DNA of 41,915 bases from Halobacteria archaeon. GTDB taxonomy: Bacteria > Pseudomonadota > Gammaproteobacteria > UBA9214. The notes below the pieces were generated by a model. That model was not told the origin of the DNA and did not search any database. It was given only the letters and a program-made list of their open reading frames with translations. Positions 28,727 to 41,706 of this stretch are shown piece after piece. The stretch is taken from contig JABDRC010000289.1 of the NCBI GenBank assembly GCA_013041945.1, forward strand, positions 1-41,915. Direction: 5' to 3'. Numbering within the stretch: position 1 is the first letter of the stretch; the number at the start of each line of letters is the position of its first letter. The translations under genes and the position numbers were made by a program.

Positions 28727-31700
28727 ATGCAACCCGCGTTTGTCCATCTGCACGTCCACACCGAATATTCACTGCTCAACGGTACGGTCCGTATCAAATC
28801 GCTGATCAGCAGCGTCGCCGGGGCCGGCATGCCGGCCGTTGCCGTGACCGATCAGTGCAACATGTTTTCCATGGTGAAGTTCTACCGCGCCGCCATGGCG
28901 GCGGGCGTCAAGCCGCTGGTGGGCGTGGACGTATGGGTTGCGGATCAGGAAGACGGCAATCCGCCAACCCGGCTGGTGTTGCTGTGCCGCAACCGGGCCG
29001 GTTATCTGAACCTGACGCGACTCGTAACGCGTGCCTATACGCAAGGCCAGCAACGCGGCGTCCCGGTGCTGCAGCGTGACTGGCTGGAGGGTTGCACCGA
29101 CGGACTGATTGCACTGTCCGGCGGGCGTGCCGGCAATGTGGGGCAGGCCCTGCTGGCCAGCAAGCCGGAACGGGCCGCCCGGCTGGTTGAGCAATGGCGG
29201 CAGCAATTCCCGGAAGCGTTCTACCTCGAGTTGCAGCGTACCGGGCGCGCCGGTGAGGAAGACTATATCCGCAAGGCCGTCGAGCTGGCCGCACAGCACG
29301 ACCTGCCGGTCGTGGCCACCAATGATGTGCACTTCATCAGGCCGCAGGACTTCGAGGCACACGAGGCACGCGTCTGCATCAACGAGGGGCGCACCCTGGA
29401 TGACCCGCGCCGCTCGCGTGAATTTTCCGAGCAACAGTACCTGCGCACTGCGGAGGAGATGCAGGACCTGTTTCGGGATATTCCCGAGGCTTTGGAAAAT
29501 ACCATCGAGATTGCACGACGCTGCAACCTGGAACTGGAACTGGGCAAGAATTATTTACCGGATTTCCCGGTGCCGGAGGGCACCGGTATCGATCAGTACT
29601 TCATCGCCCAGGCCGGGGCCGGTCTGGAGGAACGCCTGCAGCAGATCCTCGACCCGCAAGCAGACGATTACGAGACGCAGCGCAGGCAGTACCGCGACCG
29701 CCTGCAGCTCGAGATCGACGTCATTTTGCAGATGGGTTTTCCCGGCTATTTCCTGATCGTCGCCGACTTTATCAAGTGGTCCAAGGCCCATGACATCCCG
29801 GTCGGGCCCGGGCGCGGTTCCGGCGCCGGTTCCCTGGTCGCCTATGCGCTGACCATCACCGACCTCGATCCAATCAGATACGACCTGCTGTTCGAGCGCT
29901 TCCTGAATCCCGAGCGCGTCTCCATGCCCGATTTCGATATCGATTTCTGCATGGAGGGCCGCGATCGCGTCATCGACTACGTCGCGGAACATTACGGGCG
30001 GGACAAGGTATCGCAGATCATCACCTATGGCCCCATGGCGGCCAAGGCCGTGGTGCGCGATGTCGGTCGCGTGCTCGGCCATCCATACGGATTCGTCGAC
30101 CGCATCGCCAAGCTGATCCCGTTCGAGATCGGCATCACGCTGGACAAGGCGCTGGAACAGGAACCGGCGCTTGCCGGTCTGTATGACGAGGACGAGGATG
30201 TGCAGACGGTCATCGACCTGGCGCGTTCACTGGAAGGCATGGCGCGCAATGCCGGCAAGCATGCCGGCGGCGTGGTGATTGCACCGTCGCAGCTCACCGA
30301 CTTTACGCCGCTGTACTGTGAACAGGGCAGCGATGCCGTGGTCAGCCAGTTCGACAAGGATGACGTCGAGGCCGTCGGCCTGGTCAAGTTCGACTTCCTC
30401 GGCCTGCGCACGCTGACCATCATCGACCGGGCACTGAAGACCATCAACCGGCGGCGCGCAGCCGGCGGCGAGGCGCCGGTTGATATCAATGCATTGCCGC
30501 TGACCGACAAGGCAACCTTCGCCCTGCTGAAGGCCTCGACCACCACGGCGGTGTTTCAGCTGGAATCCACCGGCATGAAGGACCTGATCCGGCGGCTGCA
30601 GCCGGACAGCTTCGAGGATATCGTGGCGCTGGTCGCCCTGTTCCGGCCGGGTCCGCTGCAATCGGGCATGGTGGACGATTTCATTGCACGCAAGCATGGC
30701 GCACGCATCGAATACCCGCACCCGGAACTGGAATCGATCCTCAAGCCGACCTACGGCATCATCCTCTACCAGGAACAGGTGATGCAGATCGCGCAGGTGC
30801 TGGCCGGCTATACGCTGGGCGGTGCCGACCTGCTGCGCCGCGCCATGGGCAAGAAGAAACCGGAGGAGATGGCGAAACAGCGCACCGTGTTCATGACCGG
30901 CGCGCAACAGCGCGGGGTGGAAGACAAGGTCGCCAGCTACATCTTCGACCTGATGGAAAAATTCGCCGGCTACGGTTTCAACAAGAGTCACTCGGCTGCC
31001 TATGCGCTGATTTCCTACCAGACCGCCTGGCTCAAGACGCATTACCCGGCCGCCTTCATGGCAGCGGTGCTGTCGGCGGACATGGACAACACCGACAAGA
31101 TCGTGCACCTGATCGCCGAGTGCCGCGATATGAGGCTCAGCGTGGTGCCGCCGGACATCAACCAGTCCGACTATCCGTTCACGGTCGAAAACGACAGCAC
31201 CATTGTCTACGGTCTCGGTGCCATCAAGGGCGTCGGCCAGTCCGCCATCGAAAGCATCCTCGGCGCGCGTGCGGCAGACGGGTCGTTTGCCGACCTGTAC
31301 GATCTCTGCCAGCGCGTTGACCTGCGCAAGGTCAACCGTCGGGTGTTCGATGCGCTCATACGGGCCGGTGCGCTCGATACGCTCGGCGAGACCCGCGCCA
31401 CCCAGCAGGCCAACCTGGCGCAGGCGCTGAAACAGGCCGAGCAGCTCGGACGCGACCAGGATACCGGCCAGAACGACCTGTTCGGCGCGCCCGAGGTGGC
31501 AGTAACCCTGTCGACCAACCGCCAGATCCTGCCGGAATGGGAAGAGGAGCAGCGGCTGCAGGGCGAGATGGACGCCCTGGGGCTGTACCTGACCGGCCAT
31601 CCCATCCAGCGCTATAACGGCGAGCTGGCCAATATTGTCACTGGCCGTCTGGCCGAACTGGCGGAGATGAGCGCCGCCTTGCCGGCCGCGTCCGGCAGGC

Positions 31701-32233
31701 CGGGCCGGCCTGGCAGCAATGACAAGCCGGTGACCATCGCCGGGCTCGTGATGAGCATGCGCATCCGCAAGACGCAGCGCGGTGGCAAGATTGCCTTCCT
31801 GACCCTCGATGACCGCACCGCGCGGCTGGACGTGCGCGTCTTTCCGGAAGTCTACGAGAAGCACCAGGCCCTGCTGGGCAAGAACAAGGTGCTGGTGGTA
31901 CAGGGCGGACTGGGGGTCGATGACTATACCGGCGGCTACCAGGTGACGGCGCAGAGCATCTACGATATCAACCAGGCGCGTGAAATGTACGCCCGTCAGC
32001 TGGTCGTCGGTGTGGAATCGCAGCTGGCCGGCAACGGCTTTGTCGGGACGCTGGCGGATATCCTGGAACCGTTCCGCGAAGGACATACGCGGGTGTGCAT
32101 CGACTACCTTGGTGGCGAGGCCCGTGCGCGGGTCGCCCTGGGCGAGGCGTGGACCGTGCATCCCACCGATGAACTGCTGCATCGACTGCGCGACCTCGCC
32201 GGCAGGGACAGCGTGCGCGTGGAATACGGCTGA
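28727..32233 (+). CDS. dnaE: DNA polymerase III alpha subunit
   Basis: Trimmed to the ATG at 28727 (MQPAFVHLHVHTEYSLLNG, PHP domain start). 1168 aa full-length DnaE. Confidence 0.95.
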   Translation: MQPAFVHLHVHTEYSLLNGTVRIKSLISSVAGAGMPAVAVTDQCNMFSMVKFYRAAMAAGVKPLVGVDVWVADQEDGNPPTRLVLLCRNRAGYLNLTRLVTRAYTQGQQRGVPVLQRDWLEGCTDGLIALSGGRAGNVGQALLASKPERAARLVEQWRQQFPEAFYLELQRTGRAGEEDYIRKAVELAAQHDLPVVATNDVHFIRPQDFEAHEARVCINEGRTLDDPRRSREFSEQQYLRTAEEMQDLFRDIPEALENTIEIARRCNLELELGKNYLPDFPVPEGTGIDQYFIAQAGAGLEERLQQILDPQADDYETQRRQYRDRLQLEIDVILQMGFPGYFLIVADFIKWSKAHDIPVGPGRGSGAGSLVAYALTITDLDPIRYDLLFERFLNPERVSMPDFDIDFCMEGRDRVIDYVAEHYGRDKVSQIITYGPMAAKAVVRDVGRVLGHPYGFVDRIAKLIPFEIGITLDKALEQEPALAGLYDEDEDVQTVIDLARSLEGMARNAGKHAGGVVIAPSQLTDFTPLYCEQGSDAVVSQFDKDDVEAVGLVKFDFLGLRTLTIIDRALKTINRRRAAGGEAPVDINALPLTDKATFALLKASTTTAVFQLESTGMKDLIRRLQPDSFEDIVALVALFRPGPLQSGMVDDFIARKHGARIEYPHPELESILKPTYGIILYQEQVMQIAQVLAGYTLGGADLLRRAMGKKKPEEMAKQRTVFMTGAQQRGVEDKVASYIFDLMEKFAGYGFNKSHSAAYALISYQTAWLKTHYPAAFMAAVLSADMDNTDKIVHLIAECRDMRLSVVPPDINQSDYPFTVENDSTIVYGLGAIKGVGQSAIESILGARAADGSFADLYDLCQRVDLRKVNRRVFDALIRAGALDTLGETRATQQANLAQALKQAEQLGRDQDTGQNDLFGAPEVAVTLSTNRQILPEWEEEQRLQGEMDALGLYLTGHPIQRYNGELANIVTGRLAELAEMSAALPAASGRPGRPGSNDKPVTIAGLVMSMRIRKTQRGGKIAFLTLDDRTARLDVRVFPEVYEKHQALLGKNKVLVVQGGLGVDDYTGGYQVTAQSIYDINQAREMYARQLVVGVESQLAGNGFVGTLADILEPFREGHTRVCIDYLGGEARARVALGEAWTVHPTDELLHRLRDLAGRDSVRVEYG

Positions 32234-32376
32234 CAACCCGGCCTGAAACGTAACGCCATATATCGCGGACGCGGTCCGCTCCTGCAACGTCATATCCATG
32301 CGGCGGTTGGGAATTTTACCGGACCCCGCGGAAACGGTACCATAAGCAATAGTTTGAATCATTTACCGGATACCTG

Positions 32377-33336
32377 ATGAATCTCAACTTTCTGGAATTC
32401 GAGCAGCCTATCGCCGAGCTCGAGGCGAAAATCGACGAACTGCGCTACGTCAGCGATGATGCGGACGTCAACATCAGCGAGGAAATCGACAAGCTCAAGG
32501 CCAAGAGCCGCGAGTTGACCGAGTCGATCTTTTCCAACCTGTCGTCCTGGCAGATTTCCCAGCTGGCACGCCATCCGCAGCGCCCCTACTCGATGGACTA
32601 CATCATTCGCCTGTTCGACGGCTTCGAGGAACTGCACGGTGACCGCCACTATGCCGATGATCATGCCATCATCGGCGGCATCGCGCGCCTGGATGACACA
32701 CCCGTCATGATCATTGGCCAGCAGAAGGGGCGCGACACCAAGGAGAAACTGCAGCGGAATTTCGGCATGCCCCGCCCGGAGGGTTACCGCAAGGCACTGC
32801 GTCTGATGGAGATGGCGGAACGCTTCGGTCTGCCCGTATTGACGTTCATCGACACCCCGGGTGCCTATCCCGGTATCGGTGCGGAAGAGCGCGGGCAGAG
32901 CGAGGCCATCGCGCGCAACCTGCTGGTAATGGCCCGCCTGCGTACACCGGTGATTTGCACGGTCATCGGCGAGGGCGGCTCCGGCGGCGCCCTGGCGATC
33001 GGTGTGGGGGATATCACACTGATGCTGCAGTACAGCACGTACTCGGTCATTTCACCGGAGGGCTGTGCCTCTATCCTGTGGAAGAGTGCCGACAAGGCGT
33101 CCGACGCCGCCGAGGCGCTCGGCATCACCTCCGGCCGGCTGCATCAGCTCGGCCTGGTCGACGGCATCATCGAGGAACCACTGGGCGGCGCCCACCGGGA
33201 CGTCGATGCCACCGCGGCGAACATCAGGCAGGTGCTGGTCGACAAGCTGGCCGGCCTGCGCGAACAGTCGCTGGACGATCTGGTCAGTGCCCGCTACCAG
33301 CGCCTGATGGCCTATGGCGAGTTCACCGAGAAATGA
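32377..33336 (+). CDS. accA: acetyl-CoA carboxylase carboxyltransferase alpha subunit
   Basis: 319 aa AccA sequence ([23 protein letters not shown]...). Confidence 0.95.
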   Translation: MNLNFLEFEQPIAELEAKIDELRYVSDDADVNISEEIDKLKAKSRELTESIFSNLSSWQISQLARHPQRPYSMDYIIRLFDGFEELHGDRHYADDHAIIGGIARLDDTPVMIIGQQKGRDTKEKLQRNFGMPRPEGYRKALRLMEMAERFGLPVLTFIDTPGAYPGIGAEERGQSEAIARNLLVMARLRTPVICTVIGEGGSGGALAIGVGDITLMLQYSTYSVISPEGCASILWKSADKASDAAEALGITSGRLHQLGLVDGIIEEPLGGAHRDVDATAANIRQVLVDKLAGLREQSLDDLVSARYQRLMAYGEFTEK

Positions 33337-33421
33337 GGCGGCCCGGGCCCATGACTTTGTTGACGTATGCATAGGTGCGGCCGGTAACAGCGAACACCCG
33401 GCACCGGCATACAATCAGTGC

Positions 33422-33471
33422 CTGCAGGCCTGTCGCCGCGAAGGCGGGGAGTGCGCCTGCAGCAAATTTTA
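33422..33471 (+). other. stem-loop followed by a short A/T tract, between accA and tilS
   Basis: CTGCAGGC (33422-33429) pairs with GCCTGCAG (33455-33462), with an inner CGCC/GGCG stem, followed by CAAATTTTA. Could be an attenuator or weak terminator; function unproven. Confidence 0.3.
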
Positions 33472-33486
33472 CGCAGTAAGCAGATC

Positions 33487-34839
33487 GTGAATTTCTCATC
33501 CGACACTCTCTACGGCCAGCTGCTGTTACAGCCGCTGCCGGCCGCCTGGCAGGTGGCCTACAGTGGCGGGCTGGACTCCTCGGTCCTGCTGCATGCCATG
33601 GCCGGCCTGCGCGGCCGGTTCGATATCCCCGTGGGTGCGGTGCACGTGCATCACGGCCTGCAGGCGGATGCAGACAGGTGGGCAGACCATTGCCGCCATG
33701 TGTGCGCAGCTCACAACATTCCACTGTCCGTGCTGCAGGTGGATGCAGCGCACGCCCGGGGTGAAAGTCCGGAGGCGGCTGCACGCCATGCACGCTACGC
33801 GGCACTGGCCGACTGGCTGGCGCCGGACCACTGCCTGCTGACGGCGCAGCACCGGGACGACCAGGCCGAAACGCTGCTGTTGCAGCTGCTGCGCGGTGCC
33901 GGTGTGCCGGGCCTGGCATCCATGCCGGCCTGCACGGCGTTCGGCGAGGGTATCCACCTGCGGCCGCTGCTGTCGGTCAGCCGTCAGGCCCTGCATGGCT
34001 ATGCGCTTGCGGCCGGGCTGGACTGGATCGAGGATCCCAGCAATGCCGAGACCGGCCTTGACCGCAACTTCCTGCGCCACTCGGTCATGCCGTTGCTGCA
34101 GTCACGCTGGCCGGCGCTGTCCGGCAATCTGTCGCGCAGTGCCGCGCATGCCGCCGAGGCGGCCGGCCTGCTGGATTCGCTGGCGCTGGACGACCGGCAG
34201 GCCGCCGGTGGCCGGGATAGCGATACCCTGCTGGTGTCCGCGCTGCAAGCGCTGCCACCGGCACGGCAGCGCAACCTGTTGCGTTTCTGGATGAAACAGC
34301 AGGCCGGACATGCACCATCGGCCGCGGTACTTGCCCGCGTTCAGCACGATGTCCTGGACAGCCGGCCGGATGCCATGCCGTGTGTGCAGTGGGGACGACA
34401 CGCGCTGCGGCGTTATCGTGACGAGTTGTTCGTACTGCCGGTTGCGCTGCCGGACCAGCCCCGGCCGGAGTGCGCCTGGCGGCTTGACGCGCCACTGCCG
34501 CTGACGGACGGCGCCGTGCTCACGGCCACCCCGGCGGTCGGCGAGGGACTGCGCCGCGCGGCCATTGGCGCGGACGGGGTTCGTATTCGCTGGCGCCGGG
34601 GTGGCGAGATCTGCCGGCCGGCCGGCCGCGGCCACCGGCATGCCCTGAAAAAACTGTTCCAGGAGGCAGGTGTGCCGCCCTGGCTACGGCATCGTATTCC
34701 CCTCCTGTATGTTGAAAACGAGCTGGCCGCGGTGGCGGGAATGTGGATTTGCGAACCGTTTCAGGCCGGGCCGGGCGAGGCCGGTTACCGGATCGACTGG
34801 CTGGACCGGCGGCCGCCCGACGGGCATCGATCAGATTGA
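33487..34839 (+). CDS. tilS: tRNA(Ile)-lysidine synthetase
   Basis: Carries the SGGLDSSVLLH PP-loop motif. I prefer the GTG at 33487, which puts about 26 aa before the PP-loop as in E. coli TilS. The track start (GTG at 33418) remains possible. Confidence 0.85.
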   Translation: MNFSSDTLYGQLLLQPLPAAWQVAYSGGLDSSVLLHAMAGLRGRFDIPVGAVHVHHGLQADADRWADHCRHVCAAHNIPLSVLQVDAAHARGESPEAAARHARYAALADWLAPDHCLLTAQHRDDQAETLLLQLLRGAGVPGLASMPACTAFGEGIHLRPLLSVSRQALHGYALAAGLDWIEDPSNAETGLDRNFLRHSVMPLLQSRWPALSGNLSRSAAHAAEAAGLLDSLALDDRQAAGGRDSDTLLVSALQALPPARQRNLLRFWMKQQAGHAPSAAVLARVQHDVLDSRPDAMPCVQWGRHALRRYRDELFVLPVALPDQPRPECAWRLDAPLPLTDGAVLTATPAVGEGLRRAAIGADGVRIRWRRGGEICRPAGRGHRHALKKLFQEAGVPPWLRHRIPLLYVENELAAVAGMWICEPFQAGPGEAGYRIDWLDRRPPDGHRSD

Positions 34840-34864
34840 GGTGGCGGTACGCTTCTGGTAGAGT
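34836..34864 (+). promoter_or_regulatory. candidate sigma70 promoter for pyrG-kdsA-eno
   Basis: TTGAGG (34836-34841), a 17-nt spacer, TAGAGT (34859-34864), preceded by TGg (extended -10). About 50 nt upstream of the pyrG ATG. Hexamer match only. Confidence 0.35.
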
Positions 34865-34909
34865 CAACTCCCGTCTCGTGGCACCTTTGCCGCGTGCTGT
34901 TCCAGGTAA

Positions 34910-36583
<1,674 letters not shown>

Positions 36584-36612
36584 ATCCGACCTGATACGCG
36601 GGACTGCACGTT

Positions 36613-37452
36613 ATGAAATTATGTGATTTTGAGGCGGGGCTCGAACATCCACTGTTCCTGATCGCCGGACCCTGTGTCATCGAAAGCGAGGCGCTCGCGC
36701 TCGATACGGCCGCGCAATTGAAGGAAATGACCGCGGCACTAGGCATGCCGTTTATCTACAAGTCATCCTTCGACAAGGCCAACCGCTCCTCGCATACCAG
36801 TTTTCGCGGGCCCGGTATGGAGGAGGGGCTGCGCATCCTCGAGACGGTCCGTGCACAGGTCGGTGTACCGGTGCTGACCGATGTGCACGAAGACACACCG
36901 CTGGATGAAGTGGCCGCCGTGGTGGATGTCCTGCAAACACCGGCCTTTCTGTGCCGGCAGACCAACTTCATCCAGAACGTCGCGCGCGCGGGCAAGCCGG
37001 TGAATATCAAGAAGGGCCAGTTCCTCTCGCCCTGGGACATGAAGAACGTGGCCGACAAGGCGCTGGCCACGGGTAACGACCAGATCATGGTGTGCGAGCG
37101 CGGTGCCTCGTTCGGCTACAACAACCTGGTCTCGGATATGCGCTCGCTGGCGGTGATGCGCAACTGCAACGTGCCGGTCGTATTTGACGCCACGCACTCG
37201 GTACAGTTGCCCGGCGGCCAGGGTGACCGGTCCGGCGGCCAGCGGGAATTCGTGCCGGTACTGGCGCGGGCCGCGGTTGCGGCGGGCGTGTCCGGTCTGT
37301 TCATGGAAACGCATCCCGACCCGTCGGTCGCACTCAGCGACGGTCCGAATGCCTGGCCGCTGGGTGACCTGCAGTCGCTGCTTGCAACCCTGCAGGCCAT
37401 CGATGCCACGGTCAAGGCCGGCCCGCTGCCGGAGAACGCGCTGCTGGCTTAA
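36613..37452 (+). CDS. kdsA: 3-deoxy-8-phosphooctulonate (KDO-8-P) synthase
   Basis: 279 aa KdsA sequence, in the conserved pyrG-kdsA-eno order. Confidence 0.95.
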   Translation: MKLCDFEAGLEHPLFLIAGPCVIESEALALDTAAQLKEMTAALGMPFIYKSSFDKANRSSHTSFRGPGMEEGLRILETVRAQVGVPVLTDVHEDTPLDEVAAVVDVLQTPAFLCRQTNFIQNVARAGKPVNIKKGQFLSPWDMKNVADKALATGNDQIMVCERGASFGYNNLVSDMRSLAVMRNCNVPVVFDATHSVQLPGGQGDRSGGQREFVPVLARAAVAAGVSGLFMETHPDPSVALSDGPNAWPLGDLQSLLATLQAIDATVKAGPLPENALLA

Positions 37453-37469
37453 TTGAGTAAATTCTGTAA

Positions 37470-38792
<1,323 letters not shown>

Positions 38793-38845
38793 ATACAGGC
38801 GGCCGCTGTGCCTGTCCGTCATTGCCGTCCGGGGTATGCAGCTGA

Positions 38846-39115
38846 ATGAAGCCTGTCGTCATTCTGCTGCTGCTGTTGCTGGTCTACCTGCAGTATCGCC
38901 TGTTGATCGGCGACGGCAATCTGCCCGAGGTCATCCAGCTGGGCAACGAGGTCGAGGCCCAGCGCGAGGAAAATATCCGCCTGCGCGAACGCAACGACGC
39001 GCTCGATGCCGAGGTCCGTGACCTGCAACAGGGGCTCGATGCCATCGAGGAACATGCCCGGGAAGACCTCGGCATGGTCAAGGACGGCGAGACCTTCTAC
39101 CAGATCGTGGAATAG
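38846..39115 (+). CDS. ftsB: cell division protein FtsB
   Basis: 89 aa with one N-terminal TM helix followed by a coiled coil. Conserved position between eno and ispD. Confidence 0.85.
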   Translation: MKPVVILLLLLLVYLQYRLLIGDGNLPEVIQLGNEVEAQREENIRLRERNDALDAEVRDLQQGLDAIEEHAREDLGMVKDGETFYQIVE

Positions 39116-39829
39116 ATGCCTGCCGAACCGACGACAGTCCGGGCCGTGGTGCCGGCGGCCGGTGCCGGCCACCGTATGGCGTCGGACATACCCAAACAGT
39201 ACCTGCCGCTTGCCGGAAAAACGGTCATCGAACATACCCTCGATGCCCTGTTGTCCTGCCCGCGCATCGATTCCATCGTGGTTGCCGTTGCGCCGGACGA
39301 TGCCGACTGGCCGGATATTGCCAGCCATTACCGCAAACGCCCCGTTGAATCCGTGACCGGCGGCGATGAACGTTGTCATTCGGTGCTCAATGCACTGGAC
39401 ACCCTGGCACGGACGGCGCAGGACGATGACTGGGTGCTGGTGCACGATGCGGCGCGTCCCTGCCTGCGTGCGGCGGACATCGTAACGCTGATCGATACCC
39501 TGGCCGATGACGACACCGGTGGATTGCTGGGAGTGCCGGTCGCCGATACCATGAAACAGGTCGATACGCACGGGCGGATCGAGCGGACCGTGTCACGCGA
39601 GGGGCTGTGGCATGCCCTGACACCGCAAATGTTCAGGCTGGCACCGCTGCGCGCGGCCTTGCGCCGTTCGTTGTCCGCTGGCCAACTGGTGACCGACGAA
39701 GCGGCGGCGATGGAACTGGCCGGCCACCGGCCGCGCATGGTTCAGGGTCATCGGGACAATATCAAGATCACCCTGCCGGCGGACCTGGCGCTGGCATCGT
39801 TCTATCTGCAGGCGAGGTCAATGCCATGA
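39116..39829 (+). CDS. ispD: 2-C-methyl-D-erythritol 4-phosphate cytidylyltransferase
   Basis: 237 aa with [11 protein letters not shown] and an IspD-like sequence. The ATG immediately follows the ftsB stop. Confidence 0.93.
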   Translation: MPAEPTTVRAVVPAAGAGHRMASDIPKQYLPLAGKTVIEHTLDALLSCPRIDSIVVAVAPDDADWPDIASHYRKRPVESVTGGDERCHSVLNALDTLARTAQDDDWVLVHDAARPCLRAADIVTLIDTLADDDTGGLLGVPVADTMKQVDTHGRIERTVSREGLWHALTPQMFRLAPLRAALRRSLSAGQLVTDEAAAMELAGHRPRMVQGHRDNIKITLPADLALASFYLQARSMP

Positions 39830-40296
39830 AAATCGGACAGGGTGTGGATGTGCATGCCTTCGGCGAGGGAGACTCCCTGGTACTGGGTGGCGTGACAATC
39901 CCCTTCAACCGCGGCCTGGAAGCGCACTCGGACGGGGATGTCGTGCTGCATGCGCTGTGCGATGCGCTGCTGGGTGCGGCCGGGCTGGGCGATATCGGCC
40001 GGTATTTCCCGCCGGAGGATTCCGCCTGGCGTGATATCGACAGCCGCGTGTTGCTGCGCAAGGTCAATGCGCTGATCAGTGAGGAGGGACTGACGCTGGT
40101 GAATGCCGATATCACGGTGATCGCACAGGCGCCGCGGCTGGCGCCCTGGATTGGCGAGATGCGCGAATACATCAGTGCAGACCTGGCAGTAACAGCGGCC
40201 CAGGTCAACATCAAGGCGACCACCACCGAACATCTCGGCTTCACCGGCAGGGGCGAGGGGATTGCCGCATTTGCCGTCGTGCTGCTGGACGACTGA
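39826..40296 (+). CDS. ispF: 2-C-methyl-D-erythritol 2,4-cyclodiphosphate synthase
   Basis: Trimmed to the ATG at 39826 ([12 protein letters not shown]...[10 protein letters not shown]). ATGA overlap with ispD. Confidence 0.95.
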   Translation: MKIGQGVDVHAFGEGDSLVLGGVTIPFNRGLEAHSDGDVVLHALCDALLGAAGLGDIGRYFPPEDSAWRDIDSRVLLRKVNALISEEGLTLVNADITVIAQAPRLAPWIGEMREYISADLAVTAAQVNIKATTTEHLGFTGRGEGIAAFAVVLLDD

Positions 40297-40310
40297 GCGC
40301 GCACCATCGC

Positions 40311-41345
40311 GTGCTCGAACAGGCAATTCATTCGCTGGCCCATGCGCACGGCAAGCCGCCGGCAAGCGGGGCTATCCGTCATGCAGCGGAAGACTTCCAG
40401 GTCACCGAGCTGCCCCTGCTCGAGCCGGCTGGTACCGGCGAGCATGCCTGGGTCAGGGTGCGCAAGCGCAATACAAATACCCCGGTGATCGCAGAACGGC
40501 TGGCCAGGATCGCCGGCGTGCATCCACGCGACGTCGGATTCGCCGGCCTGAAAGACCGCAATGCGGTGACCGAGCAGTGGTTCTCGGTACAATTGCCCGG
40601 TCGCGATGACCCTGACTGGACGCTGCTCGACGATGAAAACACCCGTGTCCTGCAGCATGTCCGGCATGCGCGCAAGTTGCAGCGCGGTGCCCTGCGGGGC
40701 AATGCGTTCCGGCTGGTCATCCGCGACCTGAGCGGCGACCGTGAGGCGCTCGGTGAGCGTCTGCACCAGGTTCGCGCCAGCGGGGTGCCGAATTACTTTG
40801 GCGCGCAGCGCTTCGGTCGTGACGGCAGCAACCTGCGTACGGCACAACGCCTGTTCGCCAGCCCGCGATCGCGCCTGTCGCGCAACCAGCGCAGTCTGGC
40901 GCTGTCGTCAGTGCGTGCGCTGTTGTTTAACCGTGTACTGTCAGAGCGCATAGCAACGGGTTGCTGGGACAGACCCGTTGCGGGTGACGCCATGCAGCTC
41001 GACGGCAGCCACAGCTTTTTTATCGCAGACAGCATCGACGATGATCTGCTGCGCCGCGTTCGGGAACACGATGTACACCCGACCGGCCCGCTTTGTGGAA
41101 AGGGAGACACACCGGTCAGGGGCGAGTGCCTGGCGCTCGAGTCCGCAGTGCTGGCTGATTACGGAACCTGGCTGGAGGGTCTGGCGGCGGCCGGTGTTCG
41201 CCAGGCCCGGCGGGCACTGCGGGTCGTGCCGGACGACTTCAGCTGGGACCGGCCGACCGACGACTGCCTGGAGCTGACGTTCAGCCTGCCGGCGGGCAGT
41301 TACGCGACGGCAGTCCTGCGGGAGCTGATTGAGTACCGGGAGTGA
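40311..41345 (+). CDS. truD: tRNA pseudouridine(13) synthase TruD
   Basis: 344 aa with the FAGLKDRNAVTEQW motif. GTG start; the N-terminus aligns with E. coli TruD (..LHGKP...EDF.V.E). Confidence 0.9.
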   Translation: MLEQAIHSLAHAHGKPPASGAIRHAAEDFQVTELPLLEPAGTGEHAWVRVRKRNTNTPVIAERLARIAGVHPRDVGFAGLKDRNAVTEQWFSVQLPGRDDPDWTLLDDENTRVLQHVRHARKLQRGALRGNAFRLVIRDLSGDREALGERLHQVRASGVPNYFGAQRFGRDGSNLRTAQRLFASPRSRLSRNQRSLALSSVRALLFNRVLSERIATGCWDRPVAGDAMQLDGSHSFFIADSIDDDLLRRVREHDVHPTGPLCGKGDTPVRGECLALESAVLADYGTWLEGLAAAGVRQARRALRVVPDDFSWDRPTDDCLELTFSLPAGSYATAVLRELIEYRE

Positions 41346-41396
41346 GGTCCTGAAATGCTTTCTCGCGCCAGCCCGCAAAGAAAAGCAAAATCTTTG

Positions 41397-41480
41397 CCAC
41401 AGAGGGCACAGAGAAAAACAAAGATCAGTGTGTGATAAAGAATAACTAACCACCACAGAGATCACAGAGGACACAGAGAA
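41397..41480 (+). repeat. forward CACAGAG heptamer blocks (2 + 3 copies at 9-bp spacing); 41451-41480 is the left outer inverted repeat
   Basis: CACAGAG at 41398, 41407, 41454, 41463 and 41472. The 30-mer CACCACAGAGATCACAGAGGACACAGAGAA (41451-41480) matches the reverse complement of 41677-41706 at 29 of 30 positions. Confidence 0.8.
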
Positions 41481-41488
41481 TAAAAATA

Positions 41489-41520
41489 GCACGTCATTCC
41501 CGCGCAGGCGGGAATCCAGT
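41489..41520. repeat. left copy of the perfect 32-bp inverted repeat containing ATTCCC-N8-GGGAAT
   Basis: GCACGTCATTCCCGCGCAGGCGGGAATCCAGT is the exact reverse complement of 41618-41649. It is itself a hairpin (ATTCCCGC/GCGGGAAT). Confidence 0.9.
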
Positions 41521-41617
41521 GGTAAATATGCAATCGCATATTCCATTTGTTGCTTACGATAGAACCGTGCACTGAAGCCGCGGGTTTGTGAGTATTTATT
41601 GCAAATGTTATTTTCAG

Positions 41618-41649
41618 ACTGGATTCCCGCCTGCGCGGGAATGACGTGC
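41618..41649. repeat. right copy of the perfect 32-bp inverted repeat
   Basis: ACTGGATTCCCGCCTGCGCGGGAATGACGTGC, separated from the left copy by a 97-bp AT-rich core. Confidence 0.9.
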
Positions 41650-41676
41650 GGTTTTTCTGGCATTGAATATTTATTT

Positions 41677-41706
41677 TTCTCTGTGTCCTCTGTGAACTCT
41701 GTGGTG
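41677..41706 (-). repeat. right outer inverted repeat (3 x CTCTGTG at 9-bp spacing)
   Basis: TTCTCTGTGTCCTCTGTGAACTCTGTGGTG, with CTCTGTG at 41679, 41688 and 41697. Confidence 0.8.

Noticed and set aside
30227-32362. 711-aa minus-strand ORF
   Set aside because: It lies entirely antisense to dnaE, which is full-length and motif-bearing. It has biased R/A/G/H/D/Q composition and no recognisable domain. Same GC-rich antisense artefact.
34879-34890. TGGCAC...TTTGC resembling a sigma54 -24/-12 promoter upstream of pyrG
   Set aside because: The spacing between the GG and GC elements is about 3 nt too short for the TGGCAC-N5-TTGC consensus.
41528-41575. 15-codon ORF (MQSHIPFVAYDRTVH) inside the 97-bp core of the palindrome
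   Set aside because: No Shine-Dalgarno sequence, very short, and no way to support coding from a single sequence.
40941-41663. 240-aa minus-strand ORF spanning the truD 3' end and the repeat region
   Set aside because: Its N-terminal third is simply the translation of the intergenic repeats (VIPAQAGIQ, SRLRGNDV, LCFSLCPLW-type strings). The rest is antisense to truD. No start context and no domain.
41397-41706. Phased short repeats considered as a possible CRISPR array or iteron-type origin
   Set aside because: The units are 7 bp at 9-bp spacing, with no unique spacers of CRISPR size, and are arranged as inverted blocks. There are no cas genes, rep gene or DnaA boxes nearby. A REP/MITE-like interpretation fits better.
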